Assembly (NCBI GenBank): GCA_964016885.1
Contig: OZ024751.1
Span: 45,632,001 to 45,696,000 of the forward strand
DNA from: Eledone cirrhosa
Taxonomy: Eukaryota
Direction of reading: 5' to 3'
DNA length: 64,000 bases
Both the position numbers and the translations under genes were made by a program. The notes beneath the pieces are model-generated. The model saw only the letters and a list, made by a program, of their open reading frames with translations, was not told where the DNA came from and did not search any database. Positions 13,401 through 26,344 of the stretch are shown here, piece by piece (within the stretch, counting starts at the first letter, position 1; the number at the start of each line of letters is the position of its first letter).

Positions 13401-16138
13401 GATTACATAAGACAGTGTAACACAGACTCTCTTCAATTTCTGTGTATATTGTCAATTACGATTTTATTTGACATATCATATCTACATGTATATATACCTG
13501 CATATAATATCAATATACACACTACACATGCTAGCAGAAAACAACCTGAAGGGTGGTTTTCTGCTAGTAATAATAATGGGTTCTTATATAGGCACAAGGC
13601 CAGCAATTTTTGGTGTGTGGAAAGTCAATTTATCGACCCCAGTGCGTGACTGGTACTTTATTTGTAGGGAGGGGAAAGTCGATTAAACCATCCATGGTGT
13701 GTTACTGGTACTTTATTTTATCAACCTCGGAAGGATGGAAGATAGAGCTGACCTGAGCAGCATTTGAACTGAGAATGTAAAGAGCTGGGGACAAATACTG
13801 CAAAGGTATTTTGTTTGATGCTCTGCCGATTCTTATAATGATGATAATAAGAATAATCTAATGATTGTCTTTTCCAGATGATGCATCTTCTGCTGATGTG
13901 TATGAAGTGACATTCGATGTTGAAGAACTACGCAGAGTGTCAGGTGGTATTAACACCTTAATTGGAACCAATGATGCAAGTCTTGTGAGTAGAATGTTAT
14001 AAGATTTTTACCTGTATTTCCTAATGATCCACTGTATTGAACAAAGATCTATTGGTGTGGTGAGGTGAGGTGTAGTGAAGTGTAGTATGGTGTGGTGAGG
14101 TGTAATGTAATGTGTATAATAGTATAGTGTGTGGTGTGGTGAGGTGTAATGGGGTGGGGTGAGGTGTAGTGTTGTGTGGTGAGGTATGGTTATATTAACT
14201 TGGTCGTGCTGTGTGGTGGTGTGGTTACAGTATCTTGGTTAGTATCAGTGATAGTGAGGTGTGGTGTGGTTATATTAATTTGGTCATTTTGTGTTGTTTA
14301 ATACGAAGTATTAAAAAGTCATTACATATGTTCTTTTTTTGTTTTCTTTGTCAGCTACTTGGAATGAAATTACCAAATATGTTTGGTCGAGGTGAGAAAT
14401 CTATATTTGAATATTCTCATGGCACCAAGACTAACCGAGGACATAATTTCACATTTTTTGCTCCTTTGAATGGTAATCCTGATACAATGTAAGTTGGCTT
14501 GTTGTTAATCATACTATTGTTGCTGTTGTTACTGTTGTTGTTAGTTATGCTGTTGTTTGTTGTTACTACTGTTACTGTTGTTCACCACACAGGTTCAGTT
14601 CAGGAGTATACCAGTCCAGTATGGAGTACCCATGGAGTGGTTATATAGAAACCAGTCGAGGTACATCATTTGACTTCACTGTAAGTATTTAATTTCTTCA
14701 AAACATTCTGGGGCTTTTTCATTTTTTTCTTTTTCTGTATTTCAAGCTTTTTAACCCTTTCGATATCAAACTGTCTGAAACCACCCCTGATTTTATGTTT
14801 AAATTTAGCTAAAACCTTTGTTAACGTAAGTTCCAAACACCAGCTTAATAATGAGAAAGTTATTTTACTAAATCCCTCCAAATTCTTGATTATTTTTTTA
14901 ATGATTTGAAAATCATAGGTAGTGTCTTTCATTAGAAATAAACAAAGACAAGGTCAGGAATATATATTAGATCGACATAGACAGGGTCAGGAATATATAT
15001 TGGATCAATGTAAACAAGATATCAGGAAGAAATTGATGTGTTAATTTTTTTTCTTTGTATTTTCTTTTTCACCCCAGTTACCATCATATTTCGGATCTCA
15101 CTGTCTACGTCTGGAAGGTGTTTGGAGAGATTTACGAGCATCATCTCGAACAACTTCCTTCACTGTCAGAGAACAAGCAGGACATACGTTAAAATCTTCA
15201 ATAAAGGTAAAAGCAAAATTTTTCTTTTGTCGTAATTCTCATCAACTGAAATATTGTTGTAAATCAGACAATTTCACTGTTGTCAATTGGCTGTTGTCAA
15301 TGCAAGGGTTAAGGTTGATGATGTATCCTCTGTAGGTTTCAATGGTGGTCATTCAGTTGTTTGGTCATCTGCACATGCTGTTCATTATATTAATATGTAA
15401 GTGGCTGAATATTCCACAGATATGTGGTGGTGGTGGTGATGATAACATCATTGATGATGATGTTGATAATGTCATTGGTGATGATAGTGATGATGGTGTT
15501 GATAATGATATTGATGATGATGATGATAATATCATTGATGGTGGTAATGTTGACAATGCCTGATGATGGTGATGTTATTGATGATGATAATATTATTGTT
15601 ATTAATTCTCTCTTTCTCTCTCCTCCCCCTCCCATCTCACTGTAGCATGAATTTGTTAAAGACACCAGAGATGATCCAATAATTCCACGTAATGGCTTCC
15701 TGCTGAAAATTATAGATGTAAGTGAAGACATTTGCTAACATTGGTTGGTGGAGGGTGGTGGCAGTGGAGTGGTGACCATCCTGTACATGCACACACACAC
15801 ACACATCTCCACACACAAGCACACCAATAGGTATCTCCACACACACAGGTATATACACACATGCATACACACAGACATATCCATATATATATATACACAT
15901 ACATACACACTTACAAACATCTCTATACACACAAACACACACACAGGTATAAACACACAGACATATCCACATATATATATATATATATACATACACACTT
16001 ACAGACATCTCTATATACACAAACACAGGTATATACACACATGCATACACACAGACATATCCATATATATATACATACACACTTACAGACATCTCTATAT
16101 ACACAAACATACACACATGCATACACACACAGATATAT

Positions 16139-16181
<43 letters not shown>

Positions 16182-19100
16182 CACACTTACAGACATCTCC
16201 ATATACTCACAAACACACACAGGTATATACACACATGCATACACACAGATATATCCATATATACATACATACACACTTACAGACATCTCCATATACACAC
16301 AAACACACACACAGGTATATACACACATGCATACACACAGACATATCCATATATATATACACATACATACTTACAGACATCTCCATATACACACACATAC
16401 TTACAGACATCTCTGTATACACACATACATACACACTTACAGACATCTCCATATACATACATACACATAGAAATGTGAATAGGTTAAGTAGAAGATATAA
16501 TGTATAATGTTAACCATTCTATGTTGCAGGAATATGCAGGACTTGGTGGTAATGTGGAATATTTGAAAAATGAAATAGAATTTCAAGGAACAAAGTCATT
16601 ATTCTTTGACTGTGTAAGTATATCTTCTATAACTAGTCATAATTTATTATAACTATAGCTATAACTCATACATAACTAGCCATAATTTATTATAACTATA
16701 TCTATAACTCATACGTTACTAATTATAATTATATCTATAACTAGTACATAACTTATTATAACTTATAACATATAACTACATCTTCTATGTTTCAGACCAA
16801 GTCAGTACATTATCATAGTGTTAGTTAAAAGCTAGTGTTAACATATTTCATACTTGGAGCATTAAATACATAACTAAATCTATATATGTAGTGAGATAGA
16901 TAAGTAGGCAGAGAGCTAGATATATAAATAGGTTAGTACTAAACTATTTAAAAAAACACTAACTAGAACTATTTATGTAGTGAGGCAGACAAACACTTAT
17001 GTTACTGTTATATTTAATCAGTGAAGCATTAAAAAAGCCAACTTAGAAATATGTATATGTAGTGAAAAACAAAATAAACATTGGTATTTAATTGTTGGTT
17101 TGATTAATTACCTCACTCCACCTCCCCATCCTTCATTCTATTGATGTGTTGTTGTTATTGTTGTTGTTCTACAGAGCGTACAGATGTCACTGGCTGGTGG
17201 TATGATGAAACCTCTTGCAACTACTAATGAACTGAAAATCAATGACAGATTTTTCCTCGGCGGACCTTTGACCCTGCGAGGGTTCACACTAAAAGGAGTT
17301 GGACCACACAGCGATGGTATTTCAGTTTGGTTATATTTCTCTAACTCTTAACACCCTGTACCACACGAAACCACATTTTAGTTTAGTTATATTTCTCTAA
17401 CTTTTAATAACATCCTATTCAACAAAAAGATGAAATAAAAACTAGTCTAATGACTGAAACCAATAAAAGAATGTAAGAATGTAAATCTCAATATTAATGT
17501 TGTTTGTTGACATTTATTTGTTTGTTTGTTTGTAGGTAATGCGTTAGGTGCTGACACCTACTGGCTAGCAGCCTTACATATGTACACACCTTTACCATTC
17601 CGGCCGGGAAAAGGAGGCTTTGGAGAACTGTTTAGAACTCATCTCTTCTTAAATGCTGGAAACTTAGCCAATGTGAAACTCAGTAAGTGATGATAATGTT
17701 GATGATGATGATGATAGTGATGGTGGTGGTTGTGACGGTGATGGTGGTTGTGATGGCGATGTTGATGGTAGAGGTTGTGATGGTGGAGGTTGTGGTGGTG
17801 GTTTTGGTGTTGATGGTACTGGTGGTGGTGGTAGTGTTGGTAGTAGCAATGCATCATCATTTTACATCCGCTTTTCCCTGCTTACAAGGGTGGGATGGGT
17901 CCTATTCAGCACAGCATCTCTCCACTTGTCACGGTCCTCCGTCATCTCCTCTGTGGGCTTCAGCAATCTGAGGTCTGCTCTCGCCCATGTTTTTCGTGGT
18001 CTTCCTCTACTGCATCTTCCTTCTACTGGTGTTTATAATTAACTGTAGCCACCTATATGAGAAAGAGATTTAGAAGTGACACCAGTACCGGGCTGGTTCT
18101 ACTTTTATGTGGAGCAACATGAAATGAAGTATTTTGCTCTAGAACACAACACACAACCCAGTCCAGGAATCGAACTCACAACATTATGATTGTAAGTCCA
18201 ACACCCTTACCACTAGGCCACACACCTTCACACGCAATATATCATATATCATTAAATTGTTAATGACTTTCTCTCCTCCACAGGTGACAGTCCTAAAAAT
18301 ATATTAAACAGTCTACAAGCCAACTACAGAGTATCATATGGTGGAGGAATTGTCCTGCGGATGGGCCGTGTGGCTCGACTTGAATTGAATTATGTTGTAC
18401 CATTACGATTAAGTCAAGGAGATAGGTATGTATTATATATCACCATCATCTTCCTCGTCATTTATAACTTCGTCAGTTCCCTCCTAGTTAGTGTTGGACA
18501 GCAGTAGACTGGAGTAACGTGAAATAAGGTGTCTTGCTTAGGGACACAATGTGCTGCTGAGAATCGAACTCATGACCAAACTCACTGACTTGTGAGCCAA
18601 ATACCCTAACCACTAAGCCATGTGCTTTTGTGTGTGTGTGTGTATGTGTGTAATATATCGCACATATACTCGTATAAATAGTACTGATTGATAAGTCTCA
18701 CCTATTTTACATTCATTTTTTTCAATGTGAACTGAGGTTTTGTAAGTCCAGTAAATAGCTCAAGATGCAGCACTATAGGCATGTGGTTAGAATGTTTAAC
18801 CCTTTAGCATTTACATTACTTTATATTTACTATTGTATTTTCACAGTAATGGCTTTACCTCACATAATATCGAAGCTACGAGATTTTGATGTTATTTATT
18901 TTGAGAACAATACCTCAACATTGGTATGAGTGGCTGGTTACAGCTATTTTGAACTGAAAGGGGCGAGAGAATTCTGGCCAGATACAGCCGGTTTAAATGC
19001 TAAAGGGTTAAGGAAAAAATCTTGCTGAGTGCTGGCTGCTTATAAAACCCTCATGAAGGCGTGCTTGAGGATTCTGCTCTCACAAGCCACTCAGGAATAA

Positions 19101-19491
19101 GTGTGTGTATGAAGATGAAAAGAATAAGATCACTGTCTGAGACATTCTGAAGAAATGACCTCCAATCTGATGCTATGGCAGCCAATACATGGGTGGATAA
19201 AATTATGGGAGAGAAACGTTTTGGACATATTTTTAAAAGACACCTGACTGCAGACCATATCATAAATATGAACAGTGATGGTAGAATGAGACATTCATAT
19301 GTCTTACTTCTTTAGTGAAAGCTTTTCTGTTTTCCTTCACCTGTCTTCTTTTTTCTAACTACCTCACTCCATCTCTTTCCATCAATTACTTTTTGTTTCT
19401 TTATTAATTCTTTTTCCCATTTTTTTCAATTTCCATCTTTTTCAGTGTCAACCCTGGTCTACAGTTTGGCATTGGTTTCGTGTTCTTGTGA
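7064..19491 (+). CDS. SAMM50: Sorting and assembly machinery component 50 (Omp85/BamA family), 14 coding exons, 1371 nt, 456 aa
   Basis: All introns are GT-AG and phase-consistent. The translation has MGTVQAK, the POTRA segment [63 protein letters not shown] and the C-terminal beta-signal [11 protein letters not shown]. Confidence 0.97.
8690..9032 (+). mobile_element. Decayed mariner/Tc1 remnant
   Basis: GGGACTATGTTGAAAAATAA (GDYVEK*-like transposase end) followed by a TIR-like end closing on TA. Homologous to 51570-51690. Confidence 0.55.
9155..9223 (+). CDS. SAMM50: SAMM50 exon 2 (divergent N-terminal linker)
   Basis: tag|[23 protein letters not shown]|gtaagt, phase 0/0. Supported by splice signals rather than by homology. 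Confidence 0.78.
9820..9921 (+). CDS. SAMM50: SAMM50 exon 3
   Basis: [34 protein letters not shown]. Confidence 0.95.
10839..10926 (+). CDS. SAMM50: SAMM50 exon 4
   Basis: [29 protein letters not shown], then gtaaga. Confidence 0.93.
11226..11434. mobile_element. piggyBac-like MITE
   Basis: TTAA-CCCTTTAGCATT...AATGCTAAAGGG-TTAA. Confidence 0.85.
11472..11688 (-). mobile_element. tRNA-derived SINE with Nin/Deu-like core, near full length
   Basis: A and B boxes (GTTCAAATCC), the core, and an (ATT)n tail. Confidence 0.85.
11860..13347 (-). mobile_element. 5'-truncated RTE-clade LINE (RT C-terminal half plus 3' UTR) in SAMM50 intron 4
   Basis: ORF 12464-13291 contains [20 protein letters not shown] and FCYLG. 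It continues after a frameshift as [11 protein letters not shown] and ends in a (GAT)n tail. Confidence 0.92.
13878..13984 (+). CDS. SAMM50: SAMM50 exon 5
   Basis: [36 protein letters not shown]. Confidence 0.95.
14355..14488 (+). CDS. SAMM50: SAMM50 exon 6
   Basis: [25 protein letters not shown]... Confidence 0.95.
14593..14680 (+). CDS. SAMM50: SAMM50 exon 7
   Basis: [29 protein letters not shown]. Confidence 0.95.
15078..15206 (+). CDS. SAMM50: SAMM50 exon 8
   Basis: [43 protein letters not shown]. Confidence 0.95.
15646..15717 (+). CDS. SAMM50: SAMM50 exon 9
   Basis: [24 protein letters not shown]. Confidence 0.95.
15790..16470. repeat. Intronic CA/TA-rich minisatellite (recurring CACACTTACAGACATCTC)
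   Basis: Directly visible irregular tandem units. Confidence 0.85.
16530..16613 (+). CDS. SAMM50: SAMM50 exon 10
   Basis: [28 protein letters not shown]. Confidence 0.95.
17175..17316 (+). CDS. SAMM50: SAMM50 exon 11
   Basis: [13 protein letters not shown]...[24 protein letters not shown]. Confidence 0.95.
17536..17682 (+). CDS. SAMM50: SAMM50 exon 12
   Basis: [49 protein letters not shown]. Confidence 0.97.
18284..18425 (+). CDS. SAMM50: SAMM50 exon 13
   Basis: ...[33 protein letters not shown]. Confidence 0.96.
18800..19007. mobile_element. piggyBac-like MITE
   Basis: TTAA-CCCTTTAGCATTTA...TAAATGCTAAAGGG-TTAA. Confidence 0.85.
19446..19491 (+). CDS. SAMM50: SAMM50 exon 14 (terminal)
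   Basis: [17 protein letters not shown], after a long polypyrimidine tract. Confidence 0.95.
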
Positions 19492-20039
19492 TACCAGAAA
19501 TTACCATTCTGCTGTTATAGTTAATGTTGATGGTTGAGTCTGGCATGGCCTTCTCTGTCCACAGATACACATACACCATCAAACACCGTATTACACTTAG
19601 CATTTGGTTATCCAGCCTGCTCTGGTTATTGATGTCCTTCAGAATTTTTCTTCCAGTGGATTTCAGACAACAGCAAGCTTACAGTTTACATGACAGAAGT
19701 GAAAATAGACAAGTGGGGGAGCAGGGTATGGACCATAGTGTGCGGTGTGATGGGGTTGGGGAATGTTTTTTTAAAAAGAAAAAAACAAAAACCAAACAGA
19801 AAAACAAAACAAAACAAAGAAAAACAAAACAAAAAAATTAAACTTAAGAATGTATCAGTTTGTTGTTTTTATTTATTGTGTGTGTGTGTGTATGTATATA
19901 TATATATATGTGTGTGTGTCTGTGTTGATAATGAATATGATGATGATATATATATTTCATTCCTTAAATTTGAATTTCCTGCCATTTTTTTTACTGAACT
20001 GTCATTGTGTCTGTACCAGCCAAGTCTTCTCTCTTGCAC

Positions 20040-20905
20040 TCAACATCTGATTACTTTTATATGTGTGCTGCATCATCCACATATGCAAGCATTACATATC
20101 TAGCAGACCATGTTTGCTGAATTTCTTTCCAAAACTTTGCATATCTTCTGCACACAATGCCCATGACTCACTATCATGCAACATTGCACTATATATGCAA
20201 GCATCATACAGTTTTCCTCCCCACTAGGAGAATAATCTCTTTGTTGCCACCAGAGGCAATAGCTCCCCGAACATTTCCATTCTAGCTGCTATACTTTCAG
20301 AGCACCCTCCTTCAGTGCTAATTAGGTCATCTAAGTAAAAGAAACTTTCAACTACTTCTATGGAGCCTTCTAAGCATTGAAAATATATTTTGCTGGTAAT
20401 TTGCTTCCTCCAGCCACACTGCAATGGGTCACTATGCCCTTCCATCATTCTTTGTCTCTGGCAAGGGTTGGTGCTTGAAACCAGTTTGTGCCACACCTGT
20501 GCAGGTCATCTTTTAGGTTGGAAATATAATTTACTGGTGCTCTAACTACTGACTTCTGTGCATCTACCCACATACAAAGAGTACTTTTTTTGGAAACCTG
20601 CCAGTGATCCCACTAGACTTCTTGTGTACCCATTGTTTACATTGAATACACTCTTTAGAATTCCTATTCTTTTTTCTCCACAGCCATTTCCTTGATGTTT
20701 GCAAGGGTCTTAACTTAGTTTACTTGGAGTCCTTTTGATCATCTTGGTTTTCCACAATTTCAGCTATAAGAAAAACATCAGGAGTTCCCTCGTACATACT
20801 TAAACTCCTCTCTAATGACCTGGACAACTTTAATAATCAGGAGGGGACTGAGTATCAAGTTTTGATTAAATCCTTCACTGACCTCATTGTCAACTCCCAT
20901 TTTAC
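20040..20905 (-). mobile_element. Heavily decayed RTE LINE fragment
   Basis: EVVESFFYLDDLISTEGGCSESIAAR...ELLPLVATK aligns with the ORF at 12464-13291. Confidence 0.8.
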
Positions 20906-20922
20906 TGACTAGCGGTAGGTAC

Positions 20923-21045
20923 TAGAGACGGTGGAGATCCTGGTCAAGAGGTACATGTAATGTTTTTCAGTTTTTATTTTATATCACATAGAAAAAAATA
21001 ACATTTACCAGTAACTCTACTCCCGACCAGGATCACCACCGTCTA
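20923..21045. mobile_element. Small MITE-like element with about 28-bp imperfect terminal inverted repeats
   Basis: AGACGGTGGAGATCCTGGTC ... GACCAGGATCACCACCGTCT around an AT-rich spacer. Confidence 0.55.
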
Positions 21046-21867
21046 TGATTCTGCCAAGTAGGCCACTGAGACAGCTACGAAAGTATAATGAAAATTAATA
21101 ATTATAAACCTACTTTCAAAATCAAAATTAAATGATAGCATTCTATATGTAGCTGGGCCCCCTTCATCTGGCACCCGATATTTTTAGACCCAGTCCTCCA
21201 TAAGTTGGCAGCGTCGGACGAAATGCTTTACGTTCTGAGTTCAAATCACACCAAGGTCAGAATGGGGAAATTATCTCCCTTGACAGGTAATGTGTGTGTA
21301 AGATTTTTCTCCCTTGCTACACAATCTCTTCAGTAAAAGTCTTTCAATATTAGTTATTTCATGTCCTTCTAAATAATTGTTTCTACTTTTGGCACACGGC
21401 CAGCAATTATCCCAGTGTATTACTGGTACTTTAGGAGTTTACAAAATGATGAATAAGTGGGAATATGTTGATAGAACAACTATTTATCAGAAAACACAGT
21501 GAGTAACGTTTTCTTTCAACATTTATTCTGTTATTACAACTTCAGCGAAAAAAAGATACGTTACACGAGACTCCTCACCTAGAATTTAAATGTTTTCTGT
21601 CTTTAGAAATATGTTTTCACGGTTTGAATACTTTACCACCTTTTCTATGGTATTTATATAAAATGTAACTTTTTTCCTTAGCCAAATGTATGACTCTTTC
21701 TGTGACATTTTCCCTGTGAGTTTATTTACATCCACTATCTCACTAGACGGCAGTTTTTATCGATATTTAGATATGTTCTCAATATTAATGTTGTCATTCA
21801 ACTTGAAGTGACAGAAATTGTTTGTTTTCATTACAAACCATATTCAATGAGCCACCAAGCTTGAGAA

Positions 21868-22305
21868 GACTTTAACCCTGTGATGTCCAGAGTGGAAACT
21901 GGTGTGATGTCCAGAGTGGGTCCTTGTGCTCTCAGTCGCTTAACGCCATGGAAACATGGATAAACACCGGCGTGAGACAGACTTTAACCCTATGATGGAC
22001 TGGTGTCATGTCCCGAGTGGATCCTTGTGCTCTCAGTCGCTTAACGCCATGGAAACATGGATAAACACCGGCGTGAGACTGACTTTAACCCTGTGATGGA
22101 CTGGTGTCATGTCCCGAGTGGATCCTTGTGCTCTCAGTCGCTTAACGCCATGGAAACATGGATAAACACCGGCGTGAGACTGACTTTAACCCTGTGATGG
22201 ACTGGTGTCATGTCGAGAGTGGGTCCTTGTGCTCTCAGTCGCTTAACGCCATGGAAACATGGATAAGCAATGGCCTGATGAGCCTCCGACCTCGAGACAG
22301 ACTTC
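21868..22305 (+). repeat. 101-bp tandem array (about 4 units) of a SINE central domain
   Basis: Units start at about 21868, 21980, 22081 and 22182. Homologous to 23450-23670. Confidence 0.9.
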
Positions 22306-23284
22306 AGACCATTATTTTTTTTTATATAGAGGAACACTAACATTTCTTCTTGTAGTGTATAATTGAAGTTGCACGACTTCTCTCGTTCCAGCTACCCACA
22401 CCAAACAAGTTTTATTGATTTAGTTTTGTAAATCATTTATTACTATAATTTCTAATCTATAATACTTAATGTGATGGTTAAGTCCGGTGCCATGTTTGAC
22501 AGCATATATATGGAAAGAGAGAATTAGTCGGTGGAGGAGGGGGTGGATACTGAGAAATAATTGTCGTCTGCTAAAATGCTAATATAATATATAGAGGGAG
22601 GAGGGGAGTGAGAGAAAAAGAAAGAACTATATAGAGAGATGGGAAGAGAGAGGAGAAAGAATTATATAGAAAGAGGAGGAGTGAAAGAAAGAACTATAGA
22701 GAGATGGGAAGAGAGAGGAGAAATAATTATATAGTGAGAAAACAAGAAAGAGAAAGAACTATATAGAGTGAGGGGAGAGAGAGAGAACTATATATATTAT
22801 ATTTATAAGCGAGAGATAGGGGGGGGGGGAGTAAATATCACGTGACCTTCAGAGCAGACGACGTTAATGGCGTGTGTTGAAGTTTTTCAAATAAATAAAT
22901 TATTTCAAAACTGAATAAAAAGCAAAGAATAACACCATAAGTAAACATTTTTTTCCCTCTTCAATCAATATTATTTTGTATGAGGTCCATGAAATAATAA
23001 TAATAAAAAAAGGTTAAATTATAATTATTATACAGTGGCAACTGTATATTTCCAAAATACCTCGTCATATAAGGAGTAACACTATATTTAGTTCGTTGAT
23101 CTCCTCATCAACCAGTACTATTTTAAATATTCAATTCACCCGCATCGAAAGTGGCCCAATGCCTCAGTCTCCGCCTGTGTGTGCCATACAAATACCGCTG
23201 TGGAGTCATGGTGGACTATTTCGGACTACCCCTTGCCGTCATAGTACAGGTCGATTCCCTCTCGACCAGGTCCGGCTTCCTGTC

Positions 23285-23675
23285 ATAACTGGCCTAGTGA
23301 TAAGGGTGTTGGACTTACGATCATAATATAATAATAATAATGAAATAATGTTGTGGATTCGATTCCTGGACTGAGTTAAATGTTGTCTTCTCGTTTCGCG
23401 TTACTCCAGTATACTCAACTGAAAATGAATTCCAGCAATAAGTTGATGGGGTTTAACCCTGCGATGAACAGGTGTCCTGTCCAGCGGGGCGTCCTGTACT
23501 TTCAGTCGCTTAACAGGATAGGTACCAGCAATAGCTGGAGGTTTAACTCTGCGATTGACTGGCGTCATGTCCGGGGGGGGGGGGGGGAGATCTTATACTC
23601 TGTCACTTTACGCCAATCGACACTAGGATAAGTACCGGCCTGATCAGCCTCCTGGCTCGAGACAGACTTTAGACT
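23285..23675 (+). mobile_element. tRNA-derived SINE with a duplicated V/Meta-like central domain
   Basis: TGGCCTAGTG A-box and GATTCGATTCC B-box, then two copies of AACCCTGCGATGxACxGGxGTCxTGTCC. Confidence 0.65.
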
Positions 23676-24661
23676 TTCATAAATGGAGCCTGCCAGCCTC
23701 GAGCATGGTGATGGTAAACCGTCATGGAGGATAACCCTCTTCACGTTCGCCCCCCCCCCCCCCCCCCCCCCCCCCCCACACACACACAGAAGACATAAAT
23801 GTCTCCAATTTAATATCGTCCTATATGAGATACCGACAAATATACTCCCCATGCACATACGCACATGGGAGTGTCCTATACAAGACAGACAAATGCTGCA
23901 TCCCAGCCGAAGTCGTGTTTCACGATCGCGATAAAAGGTTCAGAGACGTTGTCCTGATAATATATCTCAGAGAGAGAGAGCTAAACATGATTTTTAACTT
24001 TCTAGTGAATTATCTTCCTTGAAATGTCAGTGGAGTAACTCCCCTTCAATTTGTGCGTTGTCTCTCTCTATATATAGACTAGAAGTAATCAAGACTGCTT
24101 AAATGTGATTATAAATTTTAACATTTTAGTATACAGACATGTAAACATGCCTAATATACGTCTTTCCCTGTAAATTGGAAAAAAAATGGGAATTACTTTG
24201 GCTGCTTAGAGCACAAGTTTATATACTCGTTTCTGCAGTCTCAGTTACTTTCTCTCTCTCTCTCTATATATATATATACACACACACACACACATATACG
24301 TAAAACTTTACCAATTGTTTTAACTTAGTTCACTGCCTACGCTCTTGTCATGAATCTATGAGTATTTTATTGATCTGCAAAGTTCAATTTTCACAGGAAA
24401 TCTCACTTTTAACATATAAGAATCTTATCTAGGAGGATATATTTCTCATTAATAGAATGATACAGAAGTTGAAACAATCTTAGGGATTCTCGAAATTTAC
24501 AAAAGTATTTTCCCTTACGGCAGAGGAGAAATATGTTGTGATGTTCAGGTATTAAGATCTTAATTAGTAAGGTTGAATTTGAGGAACATTTGACTACTAT
24601 TTCAATTCACAACACAGAGACTTCATAATGTTTTTTTACATACACAAACATACTTCTTTAA

Positions 24662-24849
24662 CACTTTCGCATTTACATTACTATTATATTTTCATAGAAA
24701 AGGCTTTACCTCACATAATATGGAATCTTCGAGATTTTGATGATGTTATTATTTATTTTAAGAACAATACCTTAATGTCAGTATGAGTGGCCAGTTATGG
24801 CTGGTTTTAACAGAAAGAGGTGAGAGAATTTTGGCCGCATATGGCTGGG
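24662..24849. mobile_element. Decayed copy of the piggyBac-like MITE
   Basis: Same internal sequence (GGCTTTACCTCACATAAT...AGAACAATACCTTAA). The ends are eroded. Confidence 0.75.
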
Positions 24850-26344
24850 TTAAAGAAGACAGTTTTGAGTTAGCTCTCCTGTTGAGTTACTCAATTATAC
24901 CTGATGGATGTCTAGCAACTTGTAGCACTGTCAATGTCGATGGAAGCAAATTTTACCAGAATTCTTAACTTTTCATGTTGTAACAACCCAAAAAATCTTT
25001 TCTCAATTTTGTTTGTGTGAAGTGTTTGTAGGAGGAATAAGTAACAGAGCAACTCATCATTATTATTGTTCAAATCCCGCCGAGGTTAACTTTGCCTTTC
25101 ATCCTTACGGGGTCGATAAAATAAAGTACCAGTAATGTACTGGGATAATTGCTGGCCTTGTGCCAAAAGTAGAAATCATTATTATTGTTCTTCCATTTGT
25201 TTTGGTCATTCGACTGCAGCCATGCTGGAGCACCACCTTGAAAGTTTTCAGTTGATCATATCGACCCCAGTACTTATTTTATAGATTGCTTTTTTTGTCG
25301 AACTGATTAGTTACACAATATTTACAAACATGAACACACATATGATGGGCTTGTGCATATCCTACCAAATTTCACTGACAAGGCATTGGTAGAATACATT
25401 TGTTCAAGGAGCCATGCAGTTGCAAAGAGAACTCTATAAACACACAGCTTTGCCTTTGCTGTGGTTGATTTTTTTTTTTCTTGAATGCACCCCACTTCCC
25501 CAAAGCTTGGAGTTTCTTTGATTGTCTTCATCAATATGGTTTGTCTCACTGTAGCAGAGAACATACCTGCTTAAGATTTTCAGTCGAAGTAAACATTTTT
25601 TTTTAAATGCTTCAAGTAAAACGGGAAAACAATTTAATAGAAATAAAAATAATAAAAAATAAATTAAAATCACAAAATATATTTAAATATAAGATTTGTG
25701 AATCAGCTTTATTGTAAATAATTTTAACGAATAAAAGGCAAAAAAAAAAATGGAGAAAAAAGTGGAAATATATATATATAATATATAATAATGAATGATA
25801 ATAATAATACTAATAATGATAATGTATTTAAAGCTATGAAATGTATTCATGCCTCGATTACATTAGATTGATAAAAGAATAATAATAATAAGACAAAATA
25901 TTAAAGTAGAAAGTTTAATACATTTTTATTTTTTAATTTGATTTTTTTTCTTATTTTTTATGTTTATTTTATTTTTTTGAACATGGAAATATAGGAAGTG
26001 TATATATTATATATATATTTGTGTGTGTGTGTGTATATATATATATAGTTTCTACGTTATTTACAAAGTATTTATAGACTCGTGTGTGAACCAGTTGAAA
26101 AAAATATATATAGCGGTGAGAACATAAGCAACTAATAATTATAATAATGATGAATAACAGAAGAACATTGATAATAATAATAATGATGATGATAGAAATA
26201 ATGGTTTTATATGTAGGCTTGAAGCATCATATTTAGAGTTAGAGAGGGAGATTGGTTGTTGTGATGTTCATGCCTTTACTAAAGGCAATAGTAATTGTTG
26301 TGTGTGTACCAGTCCACCACCATGACTAAAAATGATTTACACTT

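Noticed and set aside
14752-15312. TTAACCCTT...AAGGGTTAA apparently enclosing SAMM50 exon 8 (exon capture)
   Set aside because: The ends do not match beyond a few bases. They look like remnants of separate MITEs, and the exon sits in its normal position.
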